A stretch of 64,000 nucleotides of DNA from Paenibacillus chungangensis (GCF_042675905.1 NZ_JBHTJZ010000011.1:54636-118635), one strand, 5' to 3'. Counted from the stretch's first letter, positions 39,219-50,013 are shown. Notes: generated from the letters alone by a model not told the origin. A program made the numbers and translations.

Positions 39219-39761
39219 TTGAATGGGATGAATACTGATCAGATGAATAAAAAAATCTGGAGCGGCATCATAATCGGATTAGCTTTAGTAGCCTGCATAT
39301 TAATCATCATTAACAACTCTGCTGAAGAGCCCAAGCTTAGCAGCAGCTCCTTCAATGGGATCACATTGAACAGCCTGAAAGACAGCAAGGCGGTGGATGT
39401 CAACTATGCCGACAAACCGACTGTCCTCTCCTTCTTCACCTCCTGGTGCACCTATTGCAATAGAGATGCTCCGAAGGTGGTAGAGCTTCATGAGAAATAT
39501 AAGAATAAAGTGAACGTATTTGGTGTGAATTTGATCGACAGGGATCAGCGTAAAGAAGTATCAAAATATGTGGAGCGCCATGAAATTCCTTATCCCGTCC
39601 TGCTGGACACGAATGGAGACGTGTTCAGGCAATATAACGGAAGAGGCTTTCCGACGCTTTACTTCATCGACCGGAAAGGCCAAGTGATCGATGTGATTAT
39701 TGGGAGCAGCGAGCTGGATACGATTGAGGAAGCTTTCAACAAGTTGGCGAAGAACGGATAG
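39219..39761 (+). CDS. Membrane-anchored TlpA/ResA-like thiol-disulfide oxidoreductase
   Basis: N-terminal TM anchor. Thioredoxin CxxC motif WCTYC in VLSFFTSWCTYCNRDAP. Confidence 0.75.
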   Translation: MNGMNTDQMNKKIWSGIIIGLALVACILIIINNSAEEPKLSSSSFNGITLNSLKDSKAVDVNYADKPTVLSFFTSWCTYCNRDAPKVVELHEKYKNKVNVFGVNLIDRDQRKEVSKYVERHEIPYPVLLDTNGDVFRQYNGRGFPTLYFIDRKGQVIDVIIGSSELDTIEEAFNKLAKNG

Positions 39762-39893
39762 CTTCATGTCTTCTTAGTACCGAAGAACCGATAGCATCAC
39801 ATATCTTCTCCCGACCATGGAAGCCTCGTAATCTCGTATTTTGTTATAATGTAGAGATATGGTTCTTACCTAGCTACAGGAGGGATTTCAGCC

Positions 39894-41099
39894 GTGAATA
39901 TTATACATATCGATATGAATCAAATCGACGAGGACAAGGATCAGCCCAGATATCAGTTCCAAGAAGATGCGCTGCAAGAGCTGATGAACAGCATACAGGA
40001 GATTGGGCTTCTGTCCCCGATCAAGGTAAGAAAACTGGAGAACGGGCGTTATAAGATCATTTACGGCAATCGCCGTTACAAAGCAAGCAAACTCCTGGGA
40101 CTAGCCGCTATCCCATGCATCGTCTCTAGCGCGACGGATGAGATGGAAATCTATCTGGAGCAAATTGCGGAGAACTTGACACGGGAGAACTTCTCCCCTA
40201 TCGAGGAAGCGGAAGCGTTCAACAAACTGCTCAATGATTCCAAGTTCCGCAGCTCGATCAAATTTCTGTCGGCTAAGCTCGGCAAGCCGGAGAACTATAT
40301 TAAAAACAAGTGCGATCTGCTTCAGTTCAGCAACGCCGTCAAAAAACTCATCGTCAGCGGTACAGAAATCCGTAAGGACAGACTGACGGAGGAACAGCTG
40401 ATGCCGCTGAAGAGCTTGCCAATGGAATATCGCGATACCCTCGCGCTTACAGCCGCCAGAGACGAGCTGCCTGTCAGCGATATTCGCAAAATCGCCAAGC
40501 TGTTCAAGGACAAGGCGATTTCCGAAGGCACGAAAGACAAGCTGCTGCTCAAGTCAGGCAGCGGTCTACTGGAGACTTGGTCCACCTATGAGCAGAATCG
40601 CAAAGAGAAAGCGAGGAAAGCGGAAGAGCAGGCGGAGCGAGTAAGGGATGCCGAGGAACAAGCGAAGCTCGCGGAGCAGCATTCCGCCGCTGCAGGGCAG
40701 CCCGCTGAAGCAGCGTCCCCTACAAGCGGCAACGCTCGCCGTATGCCAGACACGAGGACAGAAAGAAATGCAACCGTAATAAACAACCTCACGGAGCACA
40801 GTGTTCATGCGCACAGTGCTCATGCGCATAGTGCTGCTGACATGCGGCAGATTGCGGAGCCGTTCGATAGATCGCAGCTTAAGGGAGCAGCCACACTGCT
40901 AGGAGAGCTGCAGACTATGCGGACGACGATAGCCGCACATGGCGCTCTGTCGGATACATATGCCGCTATTCTGCAAGGTTCTGCGCCAACAGATCAAGGA
41001 GCGCTTAGCTTGGAAGCGGAGCAGTATGTGATGGAACTGGAGTTGTTGCTGGGCATATGGAAGAGAGCTTTGGCCAAGGCGACTAACGAACAAGACTAA
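39894..41099 (+). CDS. Orphan ParB/Spo0J-like N-terminal-domain protein with a low-complexity C-terminal half
   Basis: GTG start. ParB box IIYGNRRYKASKLLG. C-terminal Ala/Glu/His-rich region (HSVHAHSAHAHSAA). Confidence 0.6.
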   Translation: MNIIHIDMNQIDEDKDQPRYQFQEDALQELMNSIQEIGLLSPIKVRKLENGRYKIIYGNRRYKASKLLGLAAIPCIVSSATDEMEIYLEQIAENLTRENFSPIEEAEAFNKLLNDSKFRSSIKFLSAKLGKPENYIKNKCDLLQFSNAVKKLIVSGTEIRKDRLTEEQLMPLKSLPMEYRDTLALTAARDELPVSDIRKIAKLFKDKAISEGTKDKLLLKSGSGLLETWSTYEQNRKEKARKAEEQAERVRDAEEQAKLAEQHSAAAGQPAEAASPTSGNARRMPDTRTERNATVINNLTEHSVHAHSAHAHSAADMRQIAEPFDRSQLKGAATLLGELQTMRTTIAAHGALSDTYAAILQGSAPTDQGALSLEAEQYVMELELLLGIWKRALAKATNEQD

Positions 41100-41238
41100 G
41101 CAAGCAACCACTTCTGAGTCCAGTGCCTATGAACATAACAAGACGCAGCAAGGGCTGTCCTTAAGGTCGCAAGACCTGGGACAGCCCCTTTCCATTCATA
41201 TGGGCATATGCGGTATAAGCATAAGCCTTACACCGCCA

Positions 41239-42870
41239 TCACTCGTCGCGAAGCACGTATTGAGCAATGTTTTTGCTGTGGTCGCCCACACGCTCCAGAT
41301 TACTCAAGATGTCGAGGAATATCGCGCCTGAATTGCCTGTACACAGATTCTGATTCAGGCGAGCGATATGCGCTTTGCGGAATTCCAGCTCCATCCGGTC
41401 AAGCTCCGCCTCGCCCTTGAGCGTGTCGGAAGCCGCCTCCTTATCTTTATGCTCCAGAGCGTACAACGCTCTGGACAACGTATGATCGGCCGCTTCCAGC
41501 ATCATTTTCAGATCGCGCTCCGCTTCGTCGGAGAATTCTACTTTATTGTTGATGCTGAACTCCGTAAGCTCCACTATATTCTCGGCATGATCGCCGATTC
41601 GTTCAATATCGTTAATGGTATGCATTAAGCCTGATGCAATTTCGGACTCGCCCTCCGTCAGGCCGTTCTGATGAATCTTTACCATGTAATCCGTAATCTT
41701 GCGGTCAAGCTCGTTAACCAGTTGCTCCTTCTGAAGCGCCAGGTTAGCCGTCTTGCTGTCGCGCTTGAAGAAGAAGCTCGACGCATCGTTCAATGTCTCA
41801 CGCGCCAGATTGCCCATGCGAACAATCTCATGCTGCGCTTGTCCCAGCGCGATCGAAGGGTTAGCCAGCAATCTGATATCCAGATACTTTGGTCTGAACT
41901 CCAGCTCTTGCTCCTTCATCGGAACCAGCTTCGTCACAATCCAGGCAAGTACGGATACGAACGGCAGGAAGATCAACGTGTTCGTGACATTGAAGAAGCC
42001 GTGCGCGTAAGCGATCTGCATCCGTATATTGACGTCTTCGCCCATCCATAGAACGACTTGATACACAAGATCCAATGCAAGCAAGAACAGAATGGTACCC
42101 AGCACATTGAAAATAACGTGCACAAGCGCTGCTCGCTTGGCCGCGACACTTGCACCAATGGATGCCAGCACCGCTGTAATCGTCGTTCCGATGTTGTCGC
42201 CGAACAATACCGGCAATGCACCTCTCAGCTGAATCATGCCCTCATCGGCAATTGTCTGCAAGATGCCAATCGTTGCGCTGGAGCTCTGCACGATTACCGT
42301 GAATACTGTGCCAACGATGACTCCCAGTATAGGCGAATGCGACAGGTCGACGATAAAGTCGGTGAATTCAGGCAGCGATCGAAGCGGCTTCAGTCCTCCC
42401 CCCATCGTCGAAAGCCCCAGGAACAGCGTACCGAAGCCGAATATGACTTGGCCAATATACTGTATCCGCTTTTTGTTGATGAAGAACAGAAGGAACGCCC
42501 CTACCCCAATAATTGGAAGGGCATACTCCTCAATTTTAATGCCTACGATAAATGCGGTCATCGTCGTCCCGATATTGGCGCCCAAGATAACGCCGATCCC
42601 TTGCCTTAAGGTCATGAGTCCGGCATTAATCAATCCGATAGCCATAACCGTTGTGCCTGTAGAGGTCTGGATAAGAATTGTGACGACAATGCCGACCAAT
42701 ACGCCTAACAAAGGGTTAGAAGTATACTTGGCCAACAATCCTCTCATCTTATCGCCTGCTGTCTTCTGCAATCCGTCCGACATATACTTGATGCCGAACA
42801 GGAAGATGCCGAGTCCCCCGACAAATTTAAAGATAATCTCCTGCCAATCCACCTGAAATCCTCCCGCCAC
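41239..42870 (-). CDS. Na/Pi-cotransporter-family protein with C-terminal PhoU-like domains
   Basis: 543 aa. Duplicated Na_Pi_cotrans repeats (QTSTGTTVMAIGL.../QSSSATIGILQTI). C-terminal helical PhoU-like region. Confidence 0.8.
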   Translation of the reverse strand: MAGGFQVDWQEIIFKFVGGLGIFLFGIKYMSDGLQKTAGDKMRGLLAKYTSNPLLGVLVGIVVTILIQTSTGTTVMAIGLINAGLMTLRQGIGVILGANIGTTMTAFIVGIKIEEYALPIIGVGAFLLFFINKKRIQYIGQVIFGFGTLFLGLSTMGGGLKPLRSLPEFTDFIVDLSHSPILGVIVGTVFTVIVQSSSATIGILQTIADEGMIQLRGALPVLFGDNIGTTITAVLASIGASVAAKRAALVHVIFNVLGTILFLLALDLVYQVVLWMGEDVNIRMQIAYAHGFFNVTNTLIFLPFVSVLAWIVTKLVPMKEQELEFRPKYLDIRLLANPSIALGQAQHEIVRMGNLARETLNDASSFFFKRDSKTANLALQKEQLVNELDRKITDYMVKIHQNGLTEGESEIASGLMHTINDIERIGDHAENIVELTEFSINNKVEFSDEAERDLKMMLEAADHTLSRALYALEHKDKEAASDTLKGEAELDRMELEFRKAHIARLNQNLCTGNSGAIFLDILSNLERVGDHSKNIAQYVLRDE

Positions 42871-43031
42871 ACAAATCAGTTTTTCGCAATTCCTATACCA
42901 TTATATAAGATTGAGTCGAATTTACAAATGTTTAATATGATCTTATTCAGCATAATTTGCGTCCATTTTGCAAATTGTAAGGATGTAAAAACTGGATACC
43001 CGTTATTATCATGAGCCAATGGGGGAAAACT

Positions 43032-43748
43032 ATGCACTTCGTGAAAGATTCTCTGCTCGTTATTATTCGCATCTACACCATATTTCCGCTTATGTTGATC
43101 GTTGCGTTATTTATGGGAAGGCGTTCGATCGGACAGCTGCCTATCTTTGACTTTATTATCATCTTATCTCTCGGTTCCGTTATCGGGGCCGATATTGCCG
43201 ATCCTCGAATCGAACATATCCATACTGCAGTCGCTATCATCTTCATCGGCTTGCTGCAGAAGCTGATCTCTTATTTCATGCTGAAGTATCGCAAGTTCGG
43301 GAAGCTGATCACATTCGAGCCCGTCATCGTCATTTACCAGGGCAAGTTTATGCACCACAATCTAAAAAAAATACAATACACGGTTGACGATATTTTACAG
43401 CTGGTCAGGGAATATGAAATATTCGATCCTGCTACAGTGGAGCTCGCGATACTGGAGGGCAACGGAGGCATAAGCATATTGAAAAAAGCAGGCAGTCAGC
43501 CGGCTACCAAACAGGATCTCGGCCTGAGCGGCAAGCAAGTCGGAATCGCCTATCCCGTTGTCAAAGAAGGACTTCTTCAAATGATTACGCTAAAGGAATT
43601 GGGGTACAGCCAGGAGTGGTTATTGAAACAATTAGAGCTCCGAGAAAAGAAGCTCTCGGAGATTTTTTTCGCTTCGCTTGATGAAAATGGTCAACTGACC
43701 GTAACGGAATACGGCAACGTTCCTGATACGCCGCCCGTCTATCATTGA
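43032..43748 (+). CDS. DUF421/YetF-family membrane protein
   Basis: N-terminal TM helices plus C-terminal YetF-like domain (VIVIYQGKFMHHNLKKIQYTVDDILQLVREYEIFDPATVELAILEGNGGISILKK). Confidence 0.65.
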   Translation: MHFVKDSLLVIIRIYTIFPLMLIVALFMGRRSIGQLPIFDFIIILSLGSVIGADIADPRIEHIHTAVAIIFIGLLQKLISYFMLKYRKFGKLITFEPVIVIYQGKFMHHNLKKIQYTVDDILQLVREYEIFDPATVELAILEGNGGISILKKAGSQPATKQDLGLSGKQVGIAYPVVKEGLLQMITLKELGYSQEWLLKQLELREKKLSEIFFASLDENGQLTVTEYGNVPDTPPVYH

Positions 43749-43861
43749 ATGTGGACACAAATCCATCATTTGTAATGTGATTGAAATATTACGAACATCG
43801 TCCTTTAACATTCAGGGGCTATACTAGAACTCGACCCCCTTTTTAATAATATAAAAAATTT

Positions 43862-43895
43862 GACCCGCAGCCCGTTGCTGCGGGTCCCTTTTTTT
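43862..43895 (+). terminator. Rho-independent terminator
   Basis: gacccgcagc/gctgcgggtc 10-bp stem, loop ccgtt, then CCTTTTTTT. Confidence 0.7.
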
Positions 43896-43963
43896 AGACA
43901 AGGAAAATCCCTTACGGCATCAATTGGCCATACTCTTCCGGCCCGCATGACCTTTTCGGCGCC

Positions 43964-44318
43964 CCAGTGTTGGATGCATACACTGCTGACCCACCCGCAC
44001 GCGATTCCACCACTCCAGTGTTGGCTGCATACACTGCAGATCCGCCCTCACGGAATTCCGACACTCCAGTGTTGGATGCATACACTGCAGATCCGCCCTC
44101 ACGCGATTCCACCACTCCAGTGTTGGATGCATACACTGCAGATCCGCCCTCACGCGATTCCACCACTCCAGTGTTGGCTGCATACACTGCAGATCCGCCC
44201 TCACGGGATTCCGCCACTCCAGTGTTGGCTGCATACACTGCAGATCCGCCCTCACGGGATTCCGCCACTCCAGTGTTGGCTGCATACACTGCAGATCCGC
44301 CCTCACGGGATTCCGCCA
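43964..44318. repeat. Non-coding tandem direct repeat, 51-bp unit x about 7
   Basis: Period exactly 51 (catacactgcag recurs at 44028, 44079, 44130, 44181, 44232 and 44283). Point variants (ttggatgc/ttggctgc, cacgcgattccacc/cacgggattccgcc). Lies between the terminator and the 3' end of 44339..45196. Confidence 0.8.
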
Positions 44319-44338
44319 AAGGTGTCTCTAAGACTGCC

Positions 44339-45196
44339 CTAGAATGCCGGCGATGCCAGCTCTACAAGCACAATCTCCGGACGATTGAATAGGCGCTGGG
44401 GGAATACGCTGTTGCCTAATCCCCGATTAATGACAAGCGTCGAACCGTCCCTCTCGTGCAAGCCTTCCGACAGCTCCGGCCACATGCCTTGGCCCGGGGA
44501 GTAGACGCCGCCGATAAGCGGCAATCGGAATTGTCCTCCATGCGCATGACCGGCAAAGCTCAGATCAATACTGTGATCGGAATAGACATGGAACAGTTCT
44601 GGCCGATGGGACAGCAGAATGCTGTAATCTTCCGTTACCTCTCCCCCTATCGCTTCCCGAAGATGAGCCGTCATCTTGTCGACATCTCCGTCCTCCTGCC
44701 TGTTGAAGATAGGGTCATCCACCCCGATAAGGGAGATGTTCCCGTCGCCCGCCTTGATTCGCACTCGTTCATTGCGCAGCACATGTATGCCGAGGCCTGT
44801 CAGCTTCTTCTCCAGCTCCGGGAAGGTGCGAGACGCATATTCGTGATTACCTGCAGCAAAGTAGACAGGCGCGATCTCCGTAACCCCTCGCATCAGTACC
44901 ATCGTCGCCTCTTCGTCATAATGACCGGCATCCACCATATCACCCGTCATGACGATAATATCCGGCTTCAGCCGCTTCACTTTGGACACGACCGGGTATT
45001 GGTCATTGGGATACATCTTGCTCTGCAGATCCGAGAGATGAACGATTCGATAACCGTCCAGCCCTTGCGGCAGCTCACTTGAGCTGACCGTGTAAGTCGT
45101 AATGCCGATATGATTGTTCTCTTCGTACAAGAACAGGCATAGCAGAATTAGAAATCCAGGTATATAAACGAACAACCATCGTTTGCCTCTGCTCAT
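44339..45196 (-). CDS. Membrane-anchored calcineurin-like metallophosphoesterase (YkuE-like)
   Basis: Motifs GDMVD, AAGNHEY and GHAHGGQ. N-terminal TM helix. Confidence 0.75.
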   Translation of the reverse strand: MSRGKRWLFVYIPGFLILLCLFLYEENNHIGITTYTVSSSELPQGLDGYRIVHLSDLQSKMYPNDQYPVVSKVKRLKPDIIVMTGDMVDAGHYDEEATMVLMRGVTEIAPVYFAAGNHEYASRTFPELEKKLTGLGIHVLRNERVRIKAGDGNISLIGVDDPIFNRQEDGDVDKMTAHLREAIGGEVTEDYSILLSHRPELFHVYSDHSIDLSFAGHAHGGQFRLPLIGGVYSPGQGMWPELSEGLHERDGSTLVINRGLGNSVFPQRLFNRPEIVLVELASPAF

Positions 45197-45245
45197 AAGC
45201 GTCCCTCCTCTCTCTTTCTACTTCTATAAGACGACGGGAGCTCCT

Positions 45246-46736
45246 TCACGGTCTCAGTCGCTGCCAAGAATAATTCCAAGACGCCCAATGCGCCCTGTCA
45301 TCCGCATCTTCTGCGAGGTCCTCCAGCCACTCCTCTAGCTGTGCCAGATCAGGATGCTGCCGATGCAGCTCCATCATCGCTGGCGCCGCATCTGCAGACA
45401 AGGTGAGCAGATAGGACATATCAATCTCGCCGGACGCAGCATATCGCTCGGCATTGTTCTCCGCCACTCTGGCATCCAGATTCACATAGTTCATGATGAC
45501 ATAAGCGGCAATTGCGCCGCATAGATACGCTTTCGCCAGCGAGAAGCGATCCACCCATACCCGAATCAGGGCGGCGGCAAGCAGCAAGCCGAGGAAGATC
45601 ATGAAGCCGTGCGCAAGCAACCTGGCAATCGTATAGCCATAAGCTTGTTCATACAGCGACAACCGGATATAAGCGCTCGCCAGCATGACGAAGGTGGAGC
45701 AGAGGAGCAGACTGAGCAACACTCTCCTTGCCAGCTCGCCAAGCGCTCCGGCGGGCAGAATAAAGTGCAGTCCCATCAGCAGAAGTCCCTGATTCATCAG
45801 GCTGAGCAAGACCAATTCGGCGAATCCTTGCCTGGCATACTCCGCATACGCCACACCCTCTGGCAGAAGCCCTTCCGCCGCGCCGAATAAATAAGAGAAC
45901 TGGAGGAACGCGAACAGCGCGTATACGGCATTCACGCATATCAGCACCGTTCCTGCCGTCACTGCATTCATGCCGATCGCAGCCTTCTCCTCCTCTGGAG
46001 GTGCGGAAGGCGCTTGTCGCGGCTTGCCGGGGAAGAGTAAGCTCCACATGAAGCAGAAGAGGTAGACTGCAATCGCAAGAGCCGCCAGCATCCTTGCCAC
46101 GACCGCGTCCAGGCCCGCTTGCTCCAGCACCTGCGGTATAGCATTGATCCACGATTGGAAGATGCCGTCCGCGGATGACAACAGCGCCACTATAATCAGA
46201 AGCAATGGAGCGGCGATCAGCATCCCTGACAGCACTTTCAGAATGTGGCTGCGTTCCTTGCCCTCCTCATCGCCCGCACGCAGCCAGCCGCCTAGTATCA
46301 AGAACGGTTCACGTATGTGCAGAACGGGCTGGACGAACAGCTGACGGATCATCTCTCTGTAGAATTTCAGGCGATGCCAAGGGACGGAGCCACCTTTGGT
46401 CACCAGCATCATTTGAGCTGTTACAAGAATGATTAGCACGATAGCATTTAATCGGTGAAAGAAGGGATTGCTGTACAGGACATAGGTCATCGACAGCAAA
46501 AAGATCGGGATCAGCAATAGCAAGCCCGATCGCAGCTGTCCTCTCCATCGCTCGAACCCGCCCAGACGGCCTTTCGCCGCATAGAAGAACATGCCGTATA
46601 TACAGAGCAGATACAAGGGCACGGATACGCCCGTAGCTCTTCCTAGAAATAAGTATTGGCCGAACAGGCCAAGCAGAATAGCCAGCCACAACATCCCGTC
46701 ATAGCGTTGCCGCCACGGTGCCGGATTTCGCATCAT
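45246..46736 (-). CDS. Polytopic integral membrane protein of unknown function
   Basis: 496 aa. About 12 hydrophobic segments. No catalytic motif recognised. Confidence 0.5.
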   Translation of the reverse strand: MMRNPAPWRQRYDGMLWLAILLGLFGQYLFLGRATGVSVPLYLLCIYGMFFYAAKGRLGGFERWRGQLRSGLLLLIPIFLLSMTYVLYSNPFFHRLNAIVLIILVTAQMMLVTKGGSVPWHRLKFYREMIRQLFVQPVLHIREPFLILGGWLRAGDEEGKERSHILKVLSGMLIAAPLLLIIVALLSSADGIFQSWINAIPQVLEQAGLDAVVARMLAALAIAVYLFCFMWSLLFPGKPRQAPSAPPEEEKAAIGMNAVTAGTVLICVNAVYALFAFLQFSYLFGAAEGLLPEGVAYAEYARQGFAELVLLSLMNQGLLLMGLHFILPAGALGELARRVLLSLLLCSTFVMLASAYIRLSLYEQAYGYTIARLLAHGFMIFLGLLLAAALIRVWVDRFSLAKAYLCGAIAAYVIMNYVNLDARVAENNAERYAASGEIDMSYLLTLSADAAPAMMELHRQHPDLAQLEEWLEDLAEDADDRAHWASWNYSWQRLRP

Positions 46737-46846
46737 TCACACTCCTTGCCGCTTTATTCTTCTCTCTTTTTATTGTAACCTAGAAAACAAGAACAAAAAG
46801 TGCAAATTAAAAAATGGAAATTTCATATTTTAGAGGATGGTGAAAC

Positions 46847-48668
46847 GATGAAGCTTCGGAGGCATTATGCGGCGCTAAGGCGTGCCTTCCCGGATGTGAG
46901 GGAGCAAGAGCCGATAGACGCGACAACCGGGCAGCTTGCCTCCATCGTCGAATGCACCCAGCGCAATATGGTCATCTTACTGCGTCGGATGGAGGAAGAA
47001 GGTTGGCTGAGCTGGCAACCTAACAGAGGCAGAGGCAAGCGCTCGCAGCTCCTGTTCCTCGCATCGCTAGACACCATCCTGCTGCAGCAAGCGAAGGAGC
47101 ATGTGCAGAAGCAGGATCTCGCATCCGCACTTCGAATTGTCCAGGAGCTGGACGAGTCAGGAAGCCGGCAGCAGGAGCAATTCCGGGATTGGCTCTCCGG
47201 GCAATTCGGCTTCCGCTCCGAAGTGGAGGGCAAGAAGCGGCTGGACGTGCTGCGCTTCCCCTTGCCCCAGAGCATCGATACACTGGACCCCGCCGCCATT
47301 CACTATATCGGGGAATCCCATCTTGTCAATCAATTGTTCGATGGACTGGTCGCCATGGATGCCGCAGGAAGAAGCATTATGCCTCATCTGGCGCATGCAT
47401 GGGAATCCGACACGGAGCGAACCACATGGACATTCTATCTGCGCAAGGGGGTCTCCTTCCATCACGGCCGCGAGATGACGAGCGCCGACGTCGTCTACTC
47501 CCTGAAGCGACTGCAGAGACTTGCACCCGACGGACTGTACAGCTGGGTATATAACGATATTGCCGAAGCGGTGGCGCTGGATGAGACGACTGTGCGCATT
47601 TGTTTGAAGCGGAGGAACGAGACGTTCCTCTCCTTCCTGACGACCAATCGCGCCTCCATCGTTCCGGAGGATCTGTGTGAAGCGGAGGCCAGCGCATTCG
47701 GCTCGAAGCCGGTCGGCACCGGTCCGTTCCGGCTGCTGGGCAGCGAGCGGAGTGTATGGACGCTGGAAGCCTTTCTTCCCTACTTCCAGGGGAGGGCGTT
47801 CCTTGACCGGGTGGAGGTATGGACGATGCCGGATTCCGTCTCCGTCGAATGGGAATCCAGCGAGCCACAGCATGAGAGGACATTCCAAGTGATGCACAAT
47901 ACTCGGCTGCAGAAAGGCGATAGCGGGCAGTGGCGGCAGGTGAGGCAATCCGGAACGACCTGCAAGTTCATCACCGTGAACGAGCTTAAGCGCGGGCCGC
48001 TCGCTGCGCCTGATGTGCGCGCCATCTTGAACCGCGCCATCCATCGCCCTGTTCTGCTAGACATGCTCGCCGGCGATGTGATCGAAGCCTCGTCCAGCTT
48101 CTGGAGCGAGCACGACGGCGATAACCGGATGGAGGAGTCCGAGTCAGCCGCCCCTTTCGACATCGGGCAGTTGCGGCGCGAACTGGCGCAGAGCTCATAC
48201 GACGGCCAGCCTATCTCGATGATGACCATCTCGCAATATGCCGCCGATGCCAGCCTGATTGCCGGATTGCTGGAGAAGGCGGGGTTCAACGTGACGATCT
48301 CCATCGTGCATGTCGGCGCGTTCAAGGGAGCGGCGCGGATGGAGGCGGACTTGCTGCTGTTCGCCACCATGCTGGACGAGCATCGCGAGCTGCGGCTCAT
48401 CGATCTGTACAAGAGCATGCAGCAGCATATGCTGCCAACGGCCAAGAGCAGCGTGGAGCGGTCGCTGCAGCGCATCATGTCGGAGCCGGATGTCAGGGAG
48501 AGAAGGAAGCTGTTCATCGGGATCGAGCGGCAGCTTCAAGAGCGGCACAGCCTTCTTTTTCTTTATCGCAAGGCACTGAAGACCGCCTTCCATCCCGCCG
48601 TGCGCGGCATTGCCCTGGAATCGCTGAGCTGGGTACGCTTCCGCGACTTATGGTTCAAGCAGGAATAA
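46847..48668 (+). CDS. SgrR-family transcriptional regulator (SgrR_N winged helix plus SBP_bac_5 solute-binding domain)
   Basis: AGAGGA SD then ATG at 46847. N-terminus MKLRRHYAALRRAFPDVREQEPIDATTGQLASIVECTQRNMVILLRRMEEEGWLSWQP. Family-5 SBP-like C-terminal domain. Confidence 0.7.
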
Positions 48669-48679
48669 ACAGGAGGTTC

Positions 48680-48736
48680 ATGAAACAATTTGAACTGATG
48701 TGGCGTATAACTGTTTTTACACACTACCATGAATAA
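48680..48736 (+). CDS. Candidate 18-aa leader peptide (upstream ORF) MKQFELMWRITVFTHYHE
   Basis: AGGAGGTTCA occurs at 48671 and is duplicated at 48735. The uORF stop TAA overlaps the second SD, which serves ATG 48752. Confidence 0.25.
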   Translation: MKQFELMWRITVFTHYHE

Positions 48737-48751
48737 GGAGGTTCACACACT

Positions 48752-49180
48752 ATGGGATTCGGTCCATTCGGTGGGGGATTCGGCTCCGCATTCTCCCTCT
48801 TTCAGGTCATGTTTTTTCTCGTGTTCGGCGTCATTATTGTGATGTTCGTAATGAATGCGGTCAAATACTTTCGCAATGCCAGCGCGCCTCAGGAGTCCAC
48901 ATTCGCCCGCATCGTATCGAAGCGTACGGAGGTGAGAAGCTCCAGCAACCATCACCATCATCATGACCACGTTCATATGGGCTCATCGTCGAGAACGTAT
49001 TACTACATTACGCTGGAGTTCGATAACGGCTCGCGCAAGGAATACCTTGATGTGAAAGGATTGTACGGACTGGTCGTCGAAGGAGACTCCGGCTATGCGG
49101 CGGTGAAGGGCGACTGGATCATCGCATTTCAGCGGCAAGCAGGCGAACAGCCCGGCAGCGGGAATGGGAGCGGCTATTGA
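48752..49180 (+). CDS. DUF2500-family protein with an N-terminal TM segment and a His-rich tract
   Basis: FSLFQVMFFLVFGVIIVMFVM TM segment. SSNHHHHHDHVHMGSS. 142 aa. Confidence 0.55.
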   Translation: MGFGPFGGGFGSAFSLFQVMFFLVFGVIIVMFVMNAVKYFRNASAPQESTFARIVSKRTEVRSSSNHHHHHDHVHMGSSSRTYYYITLEFDNGSRKEYLDVKGLYGLVVEGDSGYAAVKGDWIIAFQRQAGEQPGSGNGSGY

Positions 49181-49469
49181 GTGCCGCTCTCCAACCGAGG
49201 TCACATCGCCTACAGCTCGCCATTCATCCATTTAAAAAAAGACTATGTTAAAGCTTAATGTTTATATTGAACAATTACGAACAAATGCTCTATAGTGAAG
49301 ATGACATTGCTGTTCGGAGATGATTTACAAACCGATTTTAAGGAACTGCAAAAGCTTGCTGGTACGTTAGATGATAACGGCAAGCGAGAGCTTATCTACT
49401 TTTTGTAGTCACGAACAAAGGGTGTGGCGATTCCTGTTCCAGCAATTGATGAAATTCAAGAGCAGAAGC

Positions 49470-49870
49470 ACAAAGATGGGCTTGTTTGTCCCCATTACAA
49501 AACCCATTCAGCAAAATGACTTACTCTGGTGTACTTGGACGTGGGCGTATTCGGACAACAAAATTGGATGAGGTGATTGTGGTCATCTATCTGACTCAAA
49601 CGTGCTATACACTGATTCCTGGAGGGCATTTAGTTCCTATGCGAATTCAAAAAGGTTTGCTAATTACCGTTTCAAGTCCGACGGAAAACAACGTGTTAAA
49701 GGCGTGTACCATATCCAAAACGTAAACAGCTATCACACCCGCTTGAAGAAATGGATGGACCGCTTCAATAGTGTTACAACCAGATATTTGTAACATTATT
49801 TGGCTAGGTTTCGTTATATAGACAGCAAAGAATATGAGAATACCTCATCGAATAAGAAAATATGTTGGTA
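49470..49870 (+). mobile_element. Decayed IS1595-family (ISXO2-like) transposase remnant, multiply frameshifted
   Basis: Fragments in three frames: zinc-ribbon-like LVCPHYKTHSAK, DDE-region TDSWRAFSSY, and C-terminal KGVYHIQNVNSYHTRLKKWMDRFNSVTTRYL / HYLARFRYIDSKEY. AT-rich. Confidence 0.45.
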
Positions 49871-50013
49871 AAATCGTGCCTGTTTTCTGTGACCGACACA
49901 AACACCAAACTTCGGCTTGCTGCTTGTTCTTGTTAAGCTAACTGGCAGTTATGTTCAATAACGCTGGTTGGATATCCGCGTAATAAAGTGTGAGAAAAGC
50001 ACAGGGGTGGAAT

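Noticed and set aside
43860-44392. Four long ORFs (160, 135, 128 and 141 aa) on both strands across the 51-bp array as repeat proteins
   Set aside because: All arise because a 51-bp period preserves every stop-free frame. None has an SD or start context. One begins inside a terminator hairpin and the others are antisense shadows.
46865-48593. Long antisense ORFs (up to 295 aa) opposite the SgrR-family gene
   Set aside because: They are GC-rich shadow frames with Arg/Ser/Ala-rich low-complexity translation. The sense frame encodes a coherent SgrR_N plus SBP_bac_5 protein.
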